Shown here: positions 19,291 through 32,800 of the stretch, in pieces | How the letters are laid out: every line of letters starts with the position of its first letter | Position numbering within the stretch: position 1 is the stretch's first letter | Source: Cyanophora paradoxa CCMP329 | Lineage: Eukaryota; Plantae; Glaucophyta | Direction of reading: 5' to 3' | Assembly: GCA_004431415.1 (NCBI GenBank) | Contig: QPMI01000076.1 | Location: forward strand, 1-49,792 | DNA length: 49,792 nucleotides | The notes under the pieces: model-generated | The model's input: only the letters and a program-made list of their open reading frames with translations | What the model was told of the DNA's origin: nothing | The model's database searches: none | Program-made: the position numbers and the translations under genes

Positions 19291-21968
19291 GCCCTGGAGC
19301 AGTGCCCCGAGGATTGGGCAGAAGGCGAGGACGGGATGGGAGAGGAAGAGCTCGACGACATCGAGGTATCTGTGGCTTCCTTCGCTTCGAAGAGATAGAT
19401 CTAATGCTAATCATTGAATGTCCATGTCCTGATCGTGGTTCCTTGCAGGATTCGGGCTTGGCTGCAATCTTTAGCTGCGCTTTCGGTACTGCAGATCTAG
19501 ATCTAGATTTTCTGTTGTTTGCCACGGTTTGATTTATTTTCGGTAAGCGACGCCAGAAGATCTCAGTACTAGTCGCATTTGTAGCACTAGTAATATTTAA
19601 GCATGCGTTTACTTTGTTTTAGTGCACCTAAATCTAAATCTAGGGCGATCTATAGCGAGTTCTGGATCGGTGTACATGTATCCGGGGGTACGGAAAAAAG
19701 CCACGCGCGCGAGCGAGTAATTATATATTAGCCGGTGCAGCGGGGCTCTCGGACGGCTGATCGGGGTCGGCGAGCGTCGGCGGCGCGAGTTCTGGGCTCG
19801 CGATCGGCCGCGGAAATCTTGACCGAACCCAGAACGGAAAATCCATGGACTTGACCGAAAATGGACTTGACCGAATGGACAATGGACCGCGGAAAATTTC
19901 GCCCTGCGCGCACGCTGCCGCACTAACCTGCAGAACCCGGTTAGTGTGGCAGCGTGCGCGCAGGGCGAGGGCGTGCTCCCTGGCTTGGCCGAAAGCAGGC
20001 CATCGTGAAGTGCGCGCACTTTTTGCTGAGACTCGAAATCTGCGGAGACTTGCGTGGGCCGCTGTTGCCATGCATATGGGAGGGCGTCCTATCGAGAGGG
20101 GAGCACGACCGTGACGCGAGGCCTGGCATGGCGGTGCGCGCAGGTGTGGGTCGCGATCGCGATCTCGATCTCGAAGTGCGCGACGACGAGATCGGCGGTC
20201 TCGCTCGTCCTTGCCCAGGCATGGTCGCGAAGTGTGATGCCGTGATTGCAGAGGACCTGCAGGCGACCTACACTGCGCGCGCCCCGAGGGGCACCACTGA
20301 CCTGGAAGGACGAGTTGGTCCGCGTGCAACGTTAACTCATCGCCGGGCGCCGAGATGGAGTTGAACTGAAGGCCTCCCGCGGCAGGACCGGTGCGACGGA
20401 GGTAGCGAGCTCGAGCTAGAAACTCCCGCTCCCCCCCGCGCCTCCCGGCTACTAGTACAATCCGGCCGCCCAACACCGCTCGGGTGGCGGCGGCGGCGGC
20501 AGCGGCCGGCTGCGCAAGGCGCGTGGGAACTGCGGTGGTGGCGGGGGCGGCGGCGGCGGCAGCCGCAACGGCGGCGGAGGCGGAGGCCACGCCCAGCACG
20601 GCGGCGGAGGCGGCAGCCACGGCGGCGCAGGCGGCGCCGGCGGCGGCGCCGCCGGTCAGCCGGCCCGCAGCGGTTAGCGGCTCAGCTGCACGACAGGCCC
20701 GCAAACGCGCGGCCGAGGCAACTGCAGGCCTGGACCGCGACCGCAAATTTTCGCAGCCTCCCTCCGTTCGCAGCCACCTGCCTCGCACTCCAAGCGCTCG
20801 GGATCGCGGGCCTTCTCCGGATCTCCGAGGTCACGGCTCTCCGGACCGGCGACGTCACGCCGATCATCTCTTCAGGGGACCATCGCCGGCTCGAAGACCG
20901 ACCAAGCTGGGCACGGCGAGCACATTCTCGTCTCCCCATGGCCAGCTCCCGCGGCCGGCCCGCGGCCGGCCTGCCCCGTCCGGGCCACTGCAGCCTACGT
21001 CCGCGCAGCCGCCCGCCGCTACGTATACGGCCCGCTCCCGCCGACCGCCCCCTTCTTCCTACGGGGCCCACCGAGCCGCCCCCATGGCTACGACGACGCC
21101 CTCGGGCGCGCCATCATTAAACTCTGCGTCGGCGACATCGGCCTCGACCCAGCCGATTACTCCGGCCACAGCCTCCGATCCGACGCGGCAGGGCCCGCTC
21201 GGCGGTCCGCGGCGGCGCCTCCGCCACCTGGCTCCGCCGCCACGGCCCGGCCGCTGGGCTCTCACATCTATGGTCCCCCAGCGATATGTCGACGATTACA
21301 CCGTCGCCCTGGAGGCCGAAGGCGTCGCCTTCGCTTGAGCCGGACTTTAAGTTCAAGTCCCAGCTTCCCAGTCGTACAACCGTGTTCGCACGTGTACATG
21401 TGCACGAGAATAAATAATTCTACCTAGCTGCTGCTGCTTGGGACCTGCAGCTGGCCATTGCTTGGTTTGGGCCCGGCGGGCTCCGCCCCCCGGCCCACCA
21501 ATGAACTCCTGCCTAAGTCTCAGACCGCTGCACTTACCAGCGGTCGCTGTACCCCACCTCTCCCAAGAGGCCCGCACGGCACCCTCGAGGTGCCGGGCTC
21601 GGGGTACAGCAATTCTAGACTCGCAGTAGCTCGCTAGAAAAAACGCACACGATGTGGACCCCTCGGGGAAGCATCAGCCAGTATCCTCGGCTAGAGAGTG
21701 CAAGGAAACCGTGACCACACGGGAATTGCCTCTCCGGTTCGCGCCGCGAACCGTGCTCCCCTCTTCACGATCAGCTCGAGATAGCTAGATGCTCGAGTTG
21801 AAGTGAATCAATAAAGTACAGACCCTGATCATGAGCGCTCGGCGGTGGATAAAAGCACGAGAGGCCCCGCATAAATGTGCTATAGCGCTTCTCAGCTTCC
21901 CCTTCGCCGCCCCGCCGCTCGGGTCTGCGAGCGCTGCAGCTGGCGTCGGCGAGCGCTCCATCGTACGT

Positions 21969-22322
21969 CACTAGTAAAAAGGGGGTCGCCGGAGCCTGTC
22001 TCAACCTGATTGAAATCAGGCGGAGGCAGGCTGAAAGCAGGCTGAGTCGTCAGCCTGACTGTAGCCTGCTTTCGAATCAGGCTAGCCTGATTCGAAAGCA
22101 GGCTAGCCTGATTAGGAACTCCAGCCAGCACCTAGCCTGATTCTAATATTTTTAATATCCTTTAAGCTTTAAGCCTGATTCAAGCCTGTCTCGGCCTGTT
22201 TAAAATCAGGTTTAGTCCTCCGAAATAAGGCTGAGCCTGTTTCGCCAAGCCTGACTCGGCCTGATTGAAGCCTGTTTCAGATCAGGTTGAGACAGGCCCC
22301 GGCGACCCCCTTTTTACTAGTG
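21969..22322. mobile_element. Non-autonomous CACTA (CMC/EnSpm) element, MITE-sized, 354 bp
   Basis: TIRs CACTAGTAAAAAGGGGGTCGCCGG(A/G)GCCTGTCTCAACCTGAT at both ends; 3-bp TSD CGT (21966-21968 and 22323-22325); many internal AGCCTGA/TCAGGCT subterminal repeats. Confidence 0.95.
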
Positions 22323-22394
22323 CGTGGCCGAGCCTGCCCTCCAGCTGGCCATGCATATGCACCCCGGAGATCCCCGCGCCCGCCGCCAGCGCCG

Positions 22395-22654
22395 CCACCT
22401 GCGATCGAGGACCTCCACGAGGGGGTCGTCGAGCGCCTGCGCGACGCCAGCTGCAGCCTCGCGGACGTCGAAATTCAAGACCTTGTCTACCAGATGCGCG
22501 GCGGGAGCGAACAGCGCGCCAGCCGTGCCGCTCTGCGGGCGCTCGCTGGCTGCCGCTTACCCCCAAAGTTGACTTCCGCCCCGATCCCCTCGAGAAGGCC
22601 TGGATCGACTACGTCTACGGCGAGCCCTCTGCAGACAGCACCATCATCTTTTAG
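22395..22654 (+). pseudogene. Coding-like fragment (IEDLHEGVVERLRDASCSLADVEIQDLVYQMR...DPLEKAWIDYVYG), no clear start
   Basis: Protein-like composition across two overlapping frames joined at a C-run near 22560; may be an orphan exon. Confidence 0.3.
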
Positions 22655-23820
22655 CCAGCTTTTCAGGGTTAGCGGTAGGCCGTGCGAAGAGAGTTGATGC
22701 GGAGCGTATTTTGGCTCCAGAACAATCTTTCATATAGTGTGCGCTGAGTCTGTCCTTTCATTTACTCTTTTTTATTCGATTTCATCGCAGCGTGTGCTCA
22801 TCGGGCCTTTTCTATTTTTCCAATCATAATCTGTGTTTATCTTTAACCTTCGACCTGCCGCGCGCACTGGGCCGGGGTCGTTCTGCCGCGCGCATGTGCG
22901 CGCCACTAGGACTCTTTCATTAGATCCCGGTTCCTCCCTTGCCCCCCCGGCGCGAAAATTGCGGCCGGGCCCCTAGTAACTTTCAAATTTCGACTTGGAG
23001 GACCAATGTGATTTGCGCTCTCTATTGTTTTCCCGGAAAATGCTTTTCGATGCTTCTCGACGTGCTGTTAGTGTCCTTTAGAGGCATCATATTGAAAAAC
23101 CGCCTCGGCCATCTTGCTGCCCAAGGTCGAAAATGGGTACCTACGTCCAAACATTTTGTCCTGAATCGCATTTTGAATCCACGGACAGGACAGGCACAGA
23201 CCTAAGGGCCTCTCCTTTCCCCAAGGCCGACACAGCCGCCGGGCCGGGGCGCTCGCGATCGCCCGAGGACCTTTAGCTAGATCTAGAAATCTAGAACGAT
23301 CATGACGACTCGTTGCAGTGTACGGTTAGTGGTGTTGTATTGTAGCCACATGAGCACCAGAAGCGGTCGACCTCGCGACCAGCCACTTTGTAGCTATATA
23401 TCTATATATAGTACCGCATGTACAGAAATCGACAGCGTAGAGCTTCTATGTATACTACGACGAAAATTTAAAGCTTCCACAGCTTTGCGCTTGATCATGA
23501 TCATTAAAGCTTTGCGCTTGATCTCGACTAGATCTAGATCGCCACATCTGCAAGTGCACTACTGATATCGATGTTCGTAAATCCTGCTCAGAAACGGTTA
23601 AGCTAACTATCGCATCCGCAGATTCGTTCAGCCGGTATGGTATAGTGCACACACGTACGCTAAAGAAACGATGCATATGGAACAGCGATATGGATCGATG
23701 GTTGAATTTTTAAGTAGGGCCGCGCACATGCATTCACAGTCATGCACGCCGCCGCGTTGCGTCGCGACTCGCGAGCGACTCGGCGACGGCCGCGACCACC
23801 GGCCGGGCGGCTGCTCATGA

Positions 23821-26800
23821 TCAGCGCTTGATGTGGCGGACCTGGCGATCGCGATCGCGATCGCGATCAGGCCCCGATCACAATCAGACGCCGGCGGAGT
23901 CAGATCTAGCTAGACACATGCACATTCTATGTACAGGGCCGCGACGCCGAAGCGCCAAATTCTATCTAATTGTACGGATCTATATAGCTAGCTTCCGGTG
24001 CCTCATTAATATTCCAGCTTCTGTAGCTAGCTTCCAGCGTAACTCCAAGCTTAAGCTTTTATCTTACTCGTGGCTTTCAGCTTAAGCTCACAGTATGTAT
24101 ATAAGGGATTTAATCTTAGCTTAGCTAGGCCTCTCAAAAAATTATAGCTGGCCAAATTAAATAAATCGATCTGACAGACCTTGTAGACGGCGACGGCCTC
24201 GATGAGGCGGAAGCCGACCGTGAAGGTTGCCAGAATGCCCACGTTGCGCCACTGTCAGATCAGATCAGATAAATCAGATCAGATCAGATGAAATCGTGTG
24301 GCATCCCGTCACCACATCGAATCGGATCGGATCGGATCGGATCGGATCAAATATTTTATGGGATCGGATCTAGATCTCCGGATCCACGCTGCCGCACCGG
24401 ATCCGGGGTCCCCGGCTGCGGCGCCCTGGCCGATCTAAATGTATACGATCTAGCTCTAGATCTGAGGCCTGGAGGCGGAGGCGGAGGCGGCCGCGGACGG
24501 CCTCTAGATCTCAGCTTGGTGCCGCGGACCTTCTTGCTTAATCTTAAGCATCCTTAAGACTTTCTAAGCTTAAGCCTTGTGTCGCAGACCTTGTTGATGT
24601 AATGGTAGCCGAAGAGAGCCATCACATCGTCCCCCGTCGTCACCGCGCACAGGGGCATCTCGCTGCGGACGCCATAATTAGAAGCTTAATTATATATAAG
24701 GCTCTTTGCGGGCTCTTATATATGTATATACATATCTGCCCGGCGCACCTGGGGAGGCACTGGAAGGTCTGCCCCTGCACTTCGTTCGCGACGAGGGACT
24801 CAAGGGGGTACATCATCTGGAGGGCGAAGGCCGGTGATCATGAGCGGGGAGCCGGGGCTCGGCCGGGTACAGCTGCAGGCCATCGATATCGCAGACGGCT
24901 AAGCGCACCCAGGAGAGCCAATACATCCAGCTCCAGGGCCGGGGCTGCAGAGGCGCGTGGCCGTGGAAAAGCGAGAGCTAGAGTGAGCGGTGCTCAGAAG
25001 GGAGGGAGGGCCGGGTTGGAGGCAGGCAGAGGCGCGGCGCGGACCATGTCCGGCTCTTTGATCATGAAGCCTGCCGGGTCGAGAAAGGGCAACGATCAGT
25101 TAATCCAATTGCTGACTCGGCTTGCCAGTTGATTCGATCCTAGAAATCCGGAGGGGGTCCGAGGCGCGGATTCTGATCGGCGAAGAGCGTGAAGCTAAGG
25201 CGGCGAGGAATGTGAACGTAATTTATGAACGTATAACATGAATGGAACGTGTTGCTGCTGAAATTGAGGACCGGTTCATATTATTAATTTGCGGACCCGC
25301 GAAGAGGGCGAAGGCTGCGAGGAAGGAGGGGGCCAGCACGGTCGCTACCTCCGCCGTCGGGCAGAGCTGCGCCCCGCCGCGGCCGGGCTCCGTCAGGGGG
25401 AGGATAGAAGGAGGGGGGAGGCGGAGGCGGAGGCGGGAGTAGAAAGGAGCGGAGGGGGGTAGGGGTAAAGAGGAGGCTTGGGAGCTTAGGAGGAAGCTTA
25501 AGAGGGGAAGGGGCGCGCGCGCCTGGGCCATCATGCCCATGAAGCCCTCGACGTTGTTCGCGAAGACGAACGTCACGAGCAGGAAGAAGGCGAAGCGGCC
25601 GCCTGCGAGAGAGAGAGAGAGATAAGGTTAGAGTGTGGTTGCGGGGAGAGGGGAGGGGTGGGAGGGGGGTGGGAGGGGGGGGATCGAAGTGCGGACCGGC
25701 GTCGCCGGGGGAGAGGCCGGCGAGCCTGAAAGAGAGAGAGGGGGGAGAGAGTTAGAGGGGGCTGGGGGCTGGGGGCCGGGGGAGGGGGGGGGTGGAAGGG
25801 GGGGGGGGCGAGCCAGTAGGCGATGCAGTCGAAGAGGAGGAGGCAGAGGAGCGTGATCGGGATCTGGAGGGAAGGGGAAATGAGGAGAACGGAGAGCGAA
25901 AGCAAGAGGGGCCCCCGGACCCGGCGATCGATGCGATTTCATTTTAGATACGGCTAATTTTAATGTCTAGCTAAATAGATCTCGAGAGGCGGCGAATTCG
26001 AATGCTCGCGCTCGCGCTGCGCACCTCGGCGATGATCCAGGCGAGGAGCTGCGCCGAGGGCCGGAAGGTGCCTGCCGGGGCGCCAGGCGCCGATCGCGAG
26101 GGTGAGTGAAGCACACTGTGACAGGACGGAGGGGCGGCAGCGGCCGCACCCTGGGAGTCCTCTCGGTAGAACACGTCGCGGTCTGAGGGGGGGAAAGGGT
26201 TCCGGATTGAGAAGGGCGGCAGGGAGCACTTAAATGGGAAGTTAAATTAAACTGCAGGCAAGCCCGTTGAAGCGGGATCCACAGAAGAAGCTTGAGCTTA
26301 GCCTAAGCCTAAGCCTGGGGAGGGCCGGGCCCGGCGGGGCGGCGCACCCTCGATCTTGCCGGAGATCGAGCCGAGGGAGCCCAGGGCGAAGAAGACGAGG
26401 GCAAACCTGGGCGACAGGGGCGCGGCGCGGCGCGGGCACGCGGCTTCTCAGCGGGCGGATATTGATTCTATATGTGTTTGGTCTTCTTATTATCTTCCCT
26501 TTAAATTTTTATTCCTTTTCTAGTAGGGAAGGTCGCGCGCACCAGAAGAAAGAGGTCTTGGTGCGGGCGGAGACCTGCCCCCCGTCGCGGTTGAGGTAGT
26601 AGAGGGTACCCCCGATGAGCGCCATGCTGACGGCGCTGCGCGTGACGTCACGACGGGCCTCAAGCCTCGAGCCCCCGCGGATCTTTACGCTCTAAGCTTT
26701 AAGTAAATTATCTAAAGTTCGTTTAAGCCTTCACGCGATTCTTGAAGGCGGGCGCGCCGGCGCTGGAGCGGGGGGCATGCGCACCGGAGGATGACGGCGC

Positions 26801-29800
26801 GGAAGATGGCAGGGCGGCGGTAGTTGGCCCGGAACGCCCGCTTCGTGCACTCCTTCACCTGAACATGCACACGTGAGTCGGAAGTCCGTGGGAAAGAAAG
26901 GAGGGGGCCCGGAGAGGCGGGCAGCCAGCAGCTACGAATTGATCTACGGTCACGAGGAGGGAGGGCGGGTCCGGGGAGGGGGGGCGGATGGAGAAGGACT
27001 ATAGCTAGGCCAAGAAAGAAAGGACAAGCGCTTTCGAAAATTTGGAGCGCCCGCCCACTCCCGCGCCCACCTGGGTGCCGAAGCCGGTGGCGTAACGGCC
27101 GCCGAAGGCAGGCGCCGAGCCCGTCCGCGTCGCCGCCTCCGAGGCGACCTGCGTGCGGCGAAACGAGGCGGCGGCTCAGGTCTTAGGGCGAGGGCGAGGG
27201 CGAGGGCGAGGGCAAGGGAAAGGGGGGCGAGGGGCCGGGGGGGCCAGGGGGGGGGGGGGGGGGGGGCGGTGGCGAGGGAGAGGGGGGCGGCGGTTGTTAT
27301 AAGATACTATAAGAGGGGGGGGGGGGGGGGGGGGGGTAGCTTTGGCTCAGGCTTAGGCTTAGGAGGGGGTAGATGGGGGGCCGGGGCCCGTGCGCACGAC
27401 GTCGACCTGTTGGAGGGCTTCCCGCGCGAGGGGCGACTGCTCGTAGGCCCCCGCGCTGTCGAACTCGCCCCCGTGCGCGTGCGCCGGCCGCTCCTGCCCG
27501 CCCGCCGCCCGCCGCCCGTCAGATCAGACGTGAGCACCGCACCGCGCGCAGCTGGCCACTAACTGCAACTATAGCCAGAGCGCACTTATAGCTAGAGCGC
27601 ACTTATAGCTAGAGCGCACTTATAGCTAGAGCGCACTTGCGAGCTTAAGCTTAGGAAGAACCTAAGTATACTAGATTCAGACGCGGGGGATCTCTTATGC
27701 TGAGGGAGCCGCGCAATAGATCTAGACCTAGACCTCATTATAATTGACAGGGCCGGGCTCCGGCGGCGCGGGCGGCGCGGGCGAACCTTGCCCTGGACGA
27801 CGTCGAGGATGAAGTCAGCGGGGTTCCGCTCCTCGTCGCACTTGAAGCCTGCGGGAGGGAGGGAGGGAGGGGGTGAGCGCGGGTCGGGTGCATAGAGCGG
27901 GCGCGAGCCCTAGGCCTCTGCCCTCTAGCCGCATGCCATGGCATCGAGCCCGATCGCGAGCCCTCCCCTTTCTAGCTCCAGCCCCGTGCGGGCGGGCGGG
28001 CGGGTGGGGCCCGGGCCGGGAGCGGGTCCCGTCCCGGAGGGGGGTGGCGGTGGGAGGGAGGGGGGGGGAGAGGGGGGAGGGGGGGGGAAGGGGGGGGAGA
28101 GGGTGTGGGGCTGGGGACGGGGGGTACCCTGGCCCTCGAAGTAGCCGAGGACGGAGCGGGAGTTCTCCCCCAGGGGCCCGAAGTACGCCACGCGCCCGCC
28201 TGCACGCGGGGCGGATCGATGTCAGCATCGGGTCCCTCCCCAAGTTCGGGATCGATTGAAAAAGCTCAAGGTTCGAAAGCGGCCGGGCGTGCGTGCGTGT
28301 GCAGGCGCACCGCGGCGGAGGAGGAGGAGCCAGTCGAACATGGCGAAGAGGGAGGACGAGGGCTGGTGGATCTGCGCCAGCGGGCGGGCGTGAATACACG
28401 GGCGGGCCGGGCGTACGTGCGTGCAGGTGGGCGGGCGGGCGGGCGGGCAGGCGGGGCCCCGAGGGCTGGCTTCAGCTTCGGCCTCAGCTTAAGCTTAAGC
28501 TTGAATTCTATCTTGGGCTTTAGCTTCGATTCGAGCGCACGGTGCAGATGACGGCGACGCCGGAGCGGGCGAGGCCCTTGACCGACTGCGCGGAGGCGGA
28601 CGATTGACGTAGCGTTAGCGATCGGGGAGCGCGGTTCGGGGGCCCAAGCCAGCTGCAGGATAAGATCTAGACGTGCAGCGCACCCGCATGATCATCATCG
28701 CCGCGACCGAGTCCAGCCCGCTCGTCGGCTCGTCTGCCGCGGCGGATCACATCACATCACATCGTATCGAATTTGATCCGGGCGCACCGAGGAAGAGGAG
28801 GCTTGGGTTGGAGACCATCTCGATGGCGATCGTCGTCCTCTTCCGGAGCTCGGCTGAGGACGAGGGCCCCAGCAGCGAGTTGGCGTGGGAGTGCAGGTCC
28901 AGCTGCCCCATCACGCGCTCCGCCTGTTTGTTTGACGGAAAGGCTTGTAATTAGATGTAGATAGAAGGAAGGAAAAGAGAGGGAGAGGAAGGGAAAGAAA
29001 GGAAGAGAGATTTGTGCGCACGAAGGCGACCTTCTCCTCGCGGGAGTGCGTGTCCGGGAGCCGCAGCATCGCCGAGAAGACCACCGCGTCCCGCACCGTC
29101 TGCGGGCGATCACGAGGGCGATGGCGCATCAAAGTCAGCCCACGTCGACGTCGACGTTCCTTTTTATTACGACTCTACGACTCTAGATCTGCTTTCCTAA
29201 AAAGGAACTTCGGAATCTATGGCTAACTATGATATTAATTATGAGGAGGAGGATGAGGACCTGGGTGCCGAGGAGGAGGTCGAACTGCTCGACGTAGCCG
29301 GCGATGCGGCTGAAGAACTTGTCCTTCGGTTTCCCGTTCACCAGCACGGTCCCCTGGCGAAGAAAGAAAGGAAGGCGTTGAGATCTAGACGTTCAAGGTA
29401 AGGAAAGAAAGGAACCGAAGTACCGTGATGTTGCCGCCCGTCTTGCGGTTGGCGAGCACGTCCATCAGCGTCGTCTTGCCCCCGCCGCTCGGGCCCATCA
29501 GCTGCGGCGGACCCGGGAGCCGGCGGCGCGGTTCGGGATCAGGTACTTGGCCCAACGGAGCGGAAACGAGGACGGGCTGCAGCTATAGATAGCTCGAGCG
29601 ACTCTGGGGCGCGTACCGCGATCATCATGCCGGGGTGGACGTAGCCCGTGATGTCCTTCAGGAGGACCTGGGTTGAAACGATGTCAGATCTAGAGCTCTG
29701 ATGATTCAGACTACAAGAGAAGAGGACCGACCTTGTCCACCGTCTTGCCCGAGTCGTCCTTGGCCTTCACGGAGTACCCCAGGTTCTTGAACGTGATGTA

Positions 29801-32800
29801 GCCCGGGTTCTGTTTGTTTGTTTAGTCCTTGCGCGGCGCGGCGCAGCCTCAGAAACGGTAATCTAGAGGGGATCCGCACCGTGGTGAAGCCGCCGGCGCC
29901 GCCGTTCCCGTTGCCCATCGCCTGCATCTCGCCGTTCGCCCCGAAAATTGTGACCTGGATCGCGGAGAAAAGGCGGGGGTCAAGGCTCATAAATCAAAGA
30001 CGGGCGAAGAAGGAATACTGGACGCACCTTCACGTCGCCGTCAGAGATGCCGTCCATAGAGGTGCTGCACGGAAACCCGCGTCAGCAAGGTTAAGCGCAG
30101 AGATGGGTCATAGAATACAAAGCTTAATTAATATTATAAGGCGTGCCTGTTGGGGTCGAGGTTCTCGGGCTCCCGGTCGTCCGTGACCTGCGGGACGCCA
30201 CTGTGAGAACGACAAAGGGAAAGAGACCTAGAGCTCTGATGAATTTAAAGATAGAATCGACCTGGACGTCGCCCTCGTGGTAGCTCAGGTGGAACGGGTG
30301 CAGCGTCGGGTCCTGCCACGCGCCCCACAGCCGTCAGCGCCGGCGCCGGCGCCACCGAAATCACAACGGAGAGTAACAGACCTCGAGGGCTGAGACGCGC
30401 ATGTCCTTGAAGCGCTTGTACTGCGCGGCGCGGCCGGGCGCGCGGGGGCGTCAGAACCAGCGGTCATGCACCTCATGGCGTGCATATGGTCGCGCGCGGA
30501 CAGGGAGTGGCATTCTCTCTTGCGCTTATTTAATTACGTATTATATCGTCTAGATCTCGATCTCGCGGGTCGGGTCGGGTCGGGCCGGGCCGGACCTTGA
30601 GGCAGAGGAAGGCGACGAACTCGAGAACGAAGTAGTACGCGATGCCGATGCCGAGGTCGCGCCTGCGCGGCGGCTAAGCAAAACAGGGCAGGGCAGATGC
30701 GGGGGCGGGGGCGTGGGCCGGAGCTCGAGCTGCAGCTGGCGCACCAGACCCACGCCTCGTCCGTCTCGAGCTGGAACTGCTTGAGGGTGAGCTGCCCGCT
30801 CCACGACGGCAGCGCCGCCATCGCCTGCATGACCGGCGTCATCGGCATTCCCGAGAGCGCCATCGCCGTCATGTTCACGCCCGCCATCGGGTTGTCCGCG
30901 TATGGCAGGTCGTACATCTCTGCGAACGAAGGTCGTCGATATGTACGCGCTGGACGATCTGGATCGAATCGCCAGATATATAGATCTAGATAGATTGGGC
31001 ACCGTTGATCGCGAGGGCCTCGATGGGGTACTTCATGAAATCCAGGTAGTGCATCTGTCGCCGTCGGGGACTCGGGATCAGAACCCGCGGCCGGGCAGTG
31101 AAAGGCAGAGAAAGAAGATCTAGAAGAGGGAGGACGCGCCCAGATCCAGGGGCGGGGGATGTGAACTATTTTGCATCGATATATCTCTCGTCGACGTCTT
31201 CCCTCTTAAGGATCGAAGGATAAGGATATGAAATTAAGGTTCGGTTCTTATGGGTATATATGGCAGGATTCTGATTAATTGATTAAGGAGAGGGAGGACG
31301 CGCCCAGATCCAGGGGCGGGGGATGGCGTCGCGGGGCACGAGGAAGCCGCAGAAGATGAACATGATGGAGAGGACGGCAGGCCCGAACGTGCTCCCCGAC
31401 CTGCGCCGCCGCCGCCACCACCACCACCACCGGCGTTGACGTTAGCGAGACGTACGTTTGTATGCGTCGACGTCAGCGTCGAATTCGAAGGCGGACCGGA
31501 CGTCGAGGAAGAGCGTGCAGACGATCTTGATGGCGCCGTCGCTCAGGAGGCGCGTGAGGAACATGCCGAAGAGGAAGACCCCGAAGCGGCGCGCCCCGTC
31601 CTGCGGCGCGACGCGAAGAACATGAGCTCGAGCTCGGGATCCGGGAGCCAATGTGCATCGCACCACGCGCGTGAAGCCGGCGGCGAAGTACGCGATGAGC
31701 GAGAAGAGGAGCGCCTCGAGGAAGAAGAAGTGGATCTCGTGGACGACGTGCGCTAGGAAGAACGACGAGGTCCGGTAGTAGCCGGCCCGCTCCTGCCGGT
31801 AGTACACGGCCCGCTCCTGGAAGAACTTGGCGATCGTCGCCGTCGCCTACGAATTCGGGATCGAACGAACGTTTCGGGATCGAACGCGCACGACTGGTTC
31901 GGGATCGATCGATCGAGCGCTAGCCGCTGAGCGCACCTGCCAGCTGATGCCGGCGACACCGAAGAAGATGATGCTCATCCGGTAGTTCCCACCCCTGCCC
32001 ACGAACGTACGCGAGTCGGCCGCGCCGCCACGCAGGATTGTGCGGCTGGCCATGGCCATGGGTCGGCGCGGGCGCGAGCGCACATGAGAGTTGGGGGGAG
32101 GTTGACGAAGAGGGTCCCCAGCATGAACCCCATCATCGTCGCCTGTCCAAGCCTGCGAGGGGATTTGAAGTGAGCAATTCGAAGTTGAGATCTAGAAGGC
32201 GAGCGGGGACTGCGATTTGATCGCACCGGAACAGGACGGCGATGGGGTCGCGGTAGAGCAGCCTGAGCTGGCGGACCATGCAGAGCCAGAAGGCGAGGAA
32301 GAAGCCCGCGCCGTAGCGGCTCGGCACCTGCGCACGCGCTGCTCAGCTGTATGTATTGCTCCTTCTGGCAAGCTCGCCTGCCCGAGGGTGCGCTGCTCCT
32401 TCATGGAGGCCTGGACGGCCTGCGCCTCCTGCGCCGCGATCGGCCCGTTCTTGAAGGCGTGCCCGAAGCCGGCGTAGGACAGGGGGAGCTGCGGCCCAAA
32501 AGGGTTTCGTCATTGAAGAAAACAGCGAGCCGGGTGGCCATGGATGGCTGACGCGTACGTTCGTGTTGGAGGTGAGGGGGGTCTTGGGGAAAGTGACGGT
32601 GACGGGCTGGCAGGTCTGGCACCCTTCGAAGAACTCGCGGCCCGCAATCTCGACGACCTGGAAGCGAGGAGCGTCACACTCGGCGGCGGCGGCCTGGACG
32701 CGATGCAGTGCTGGCGCCAGCTAAATATGGCGGCACCTGCTGGAGAAAGTCGACGGCGTTCATGTGGGAGGGCATGCGGTAGCCGAGGGACCGGAAGTAG

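Noticed and set aside
20484-21338. 284-aa Ala/Pro-rich ORF and its antisense 355-aa ORF
   Set aside because: Non-ATG start, low complexity from GCG repeats, no recognisable domain; cannot be supported as a gene.
23845-24350. GCGATCGC runs as cyanobacterial HIP1, plus (TCAGA)n and (ATCGG)n tracts
   Set aside because: They are intronic microsatellite-like expansions in a GATC-rich host background, not dispersed HIP1 sites in bacterial-type DNA.
27569-27636. 17-bp repeats as a mini-CRISPR
   Set aside because: Copies are contiguous with no spacers and lie in an ABCG intron; simple minisatellite.
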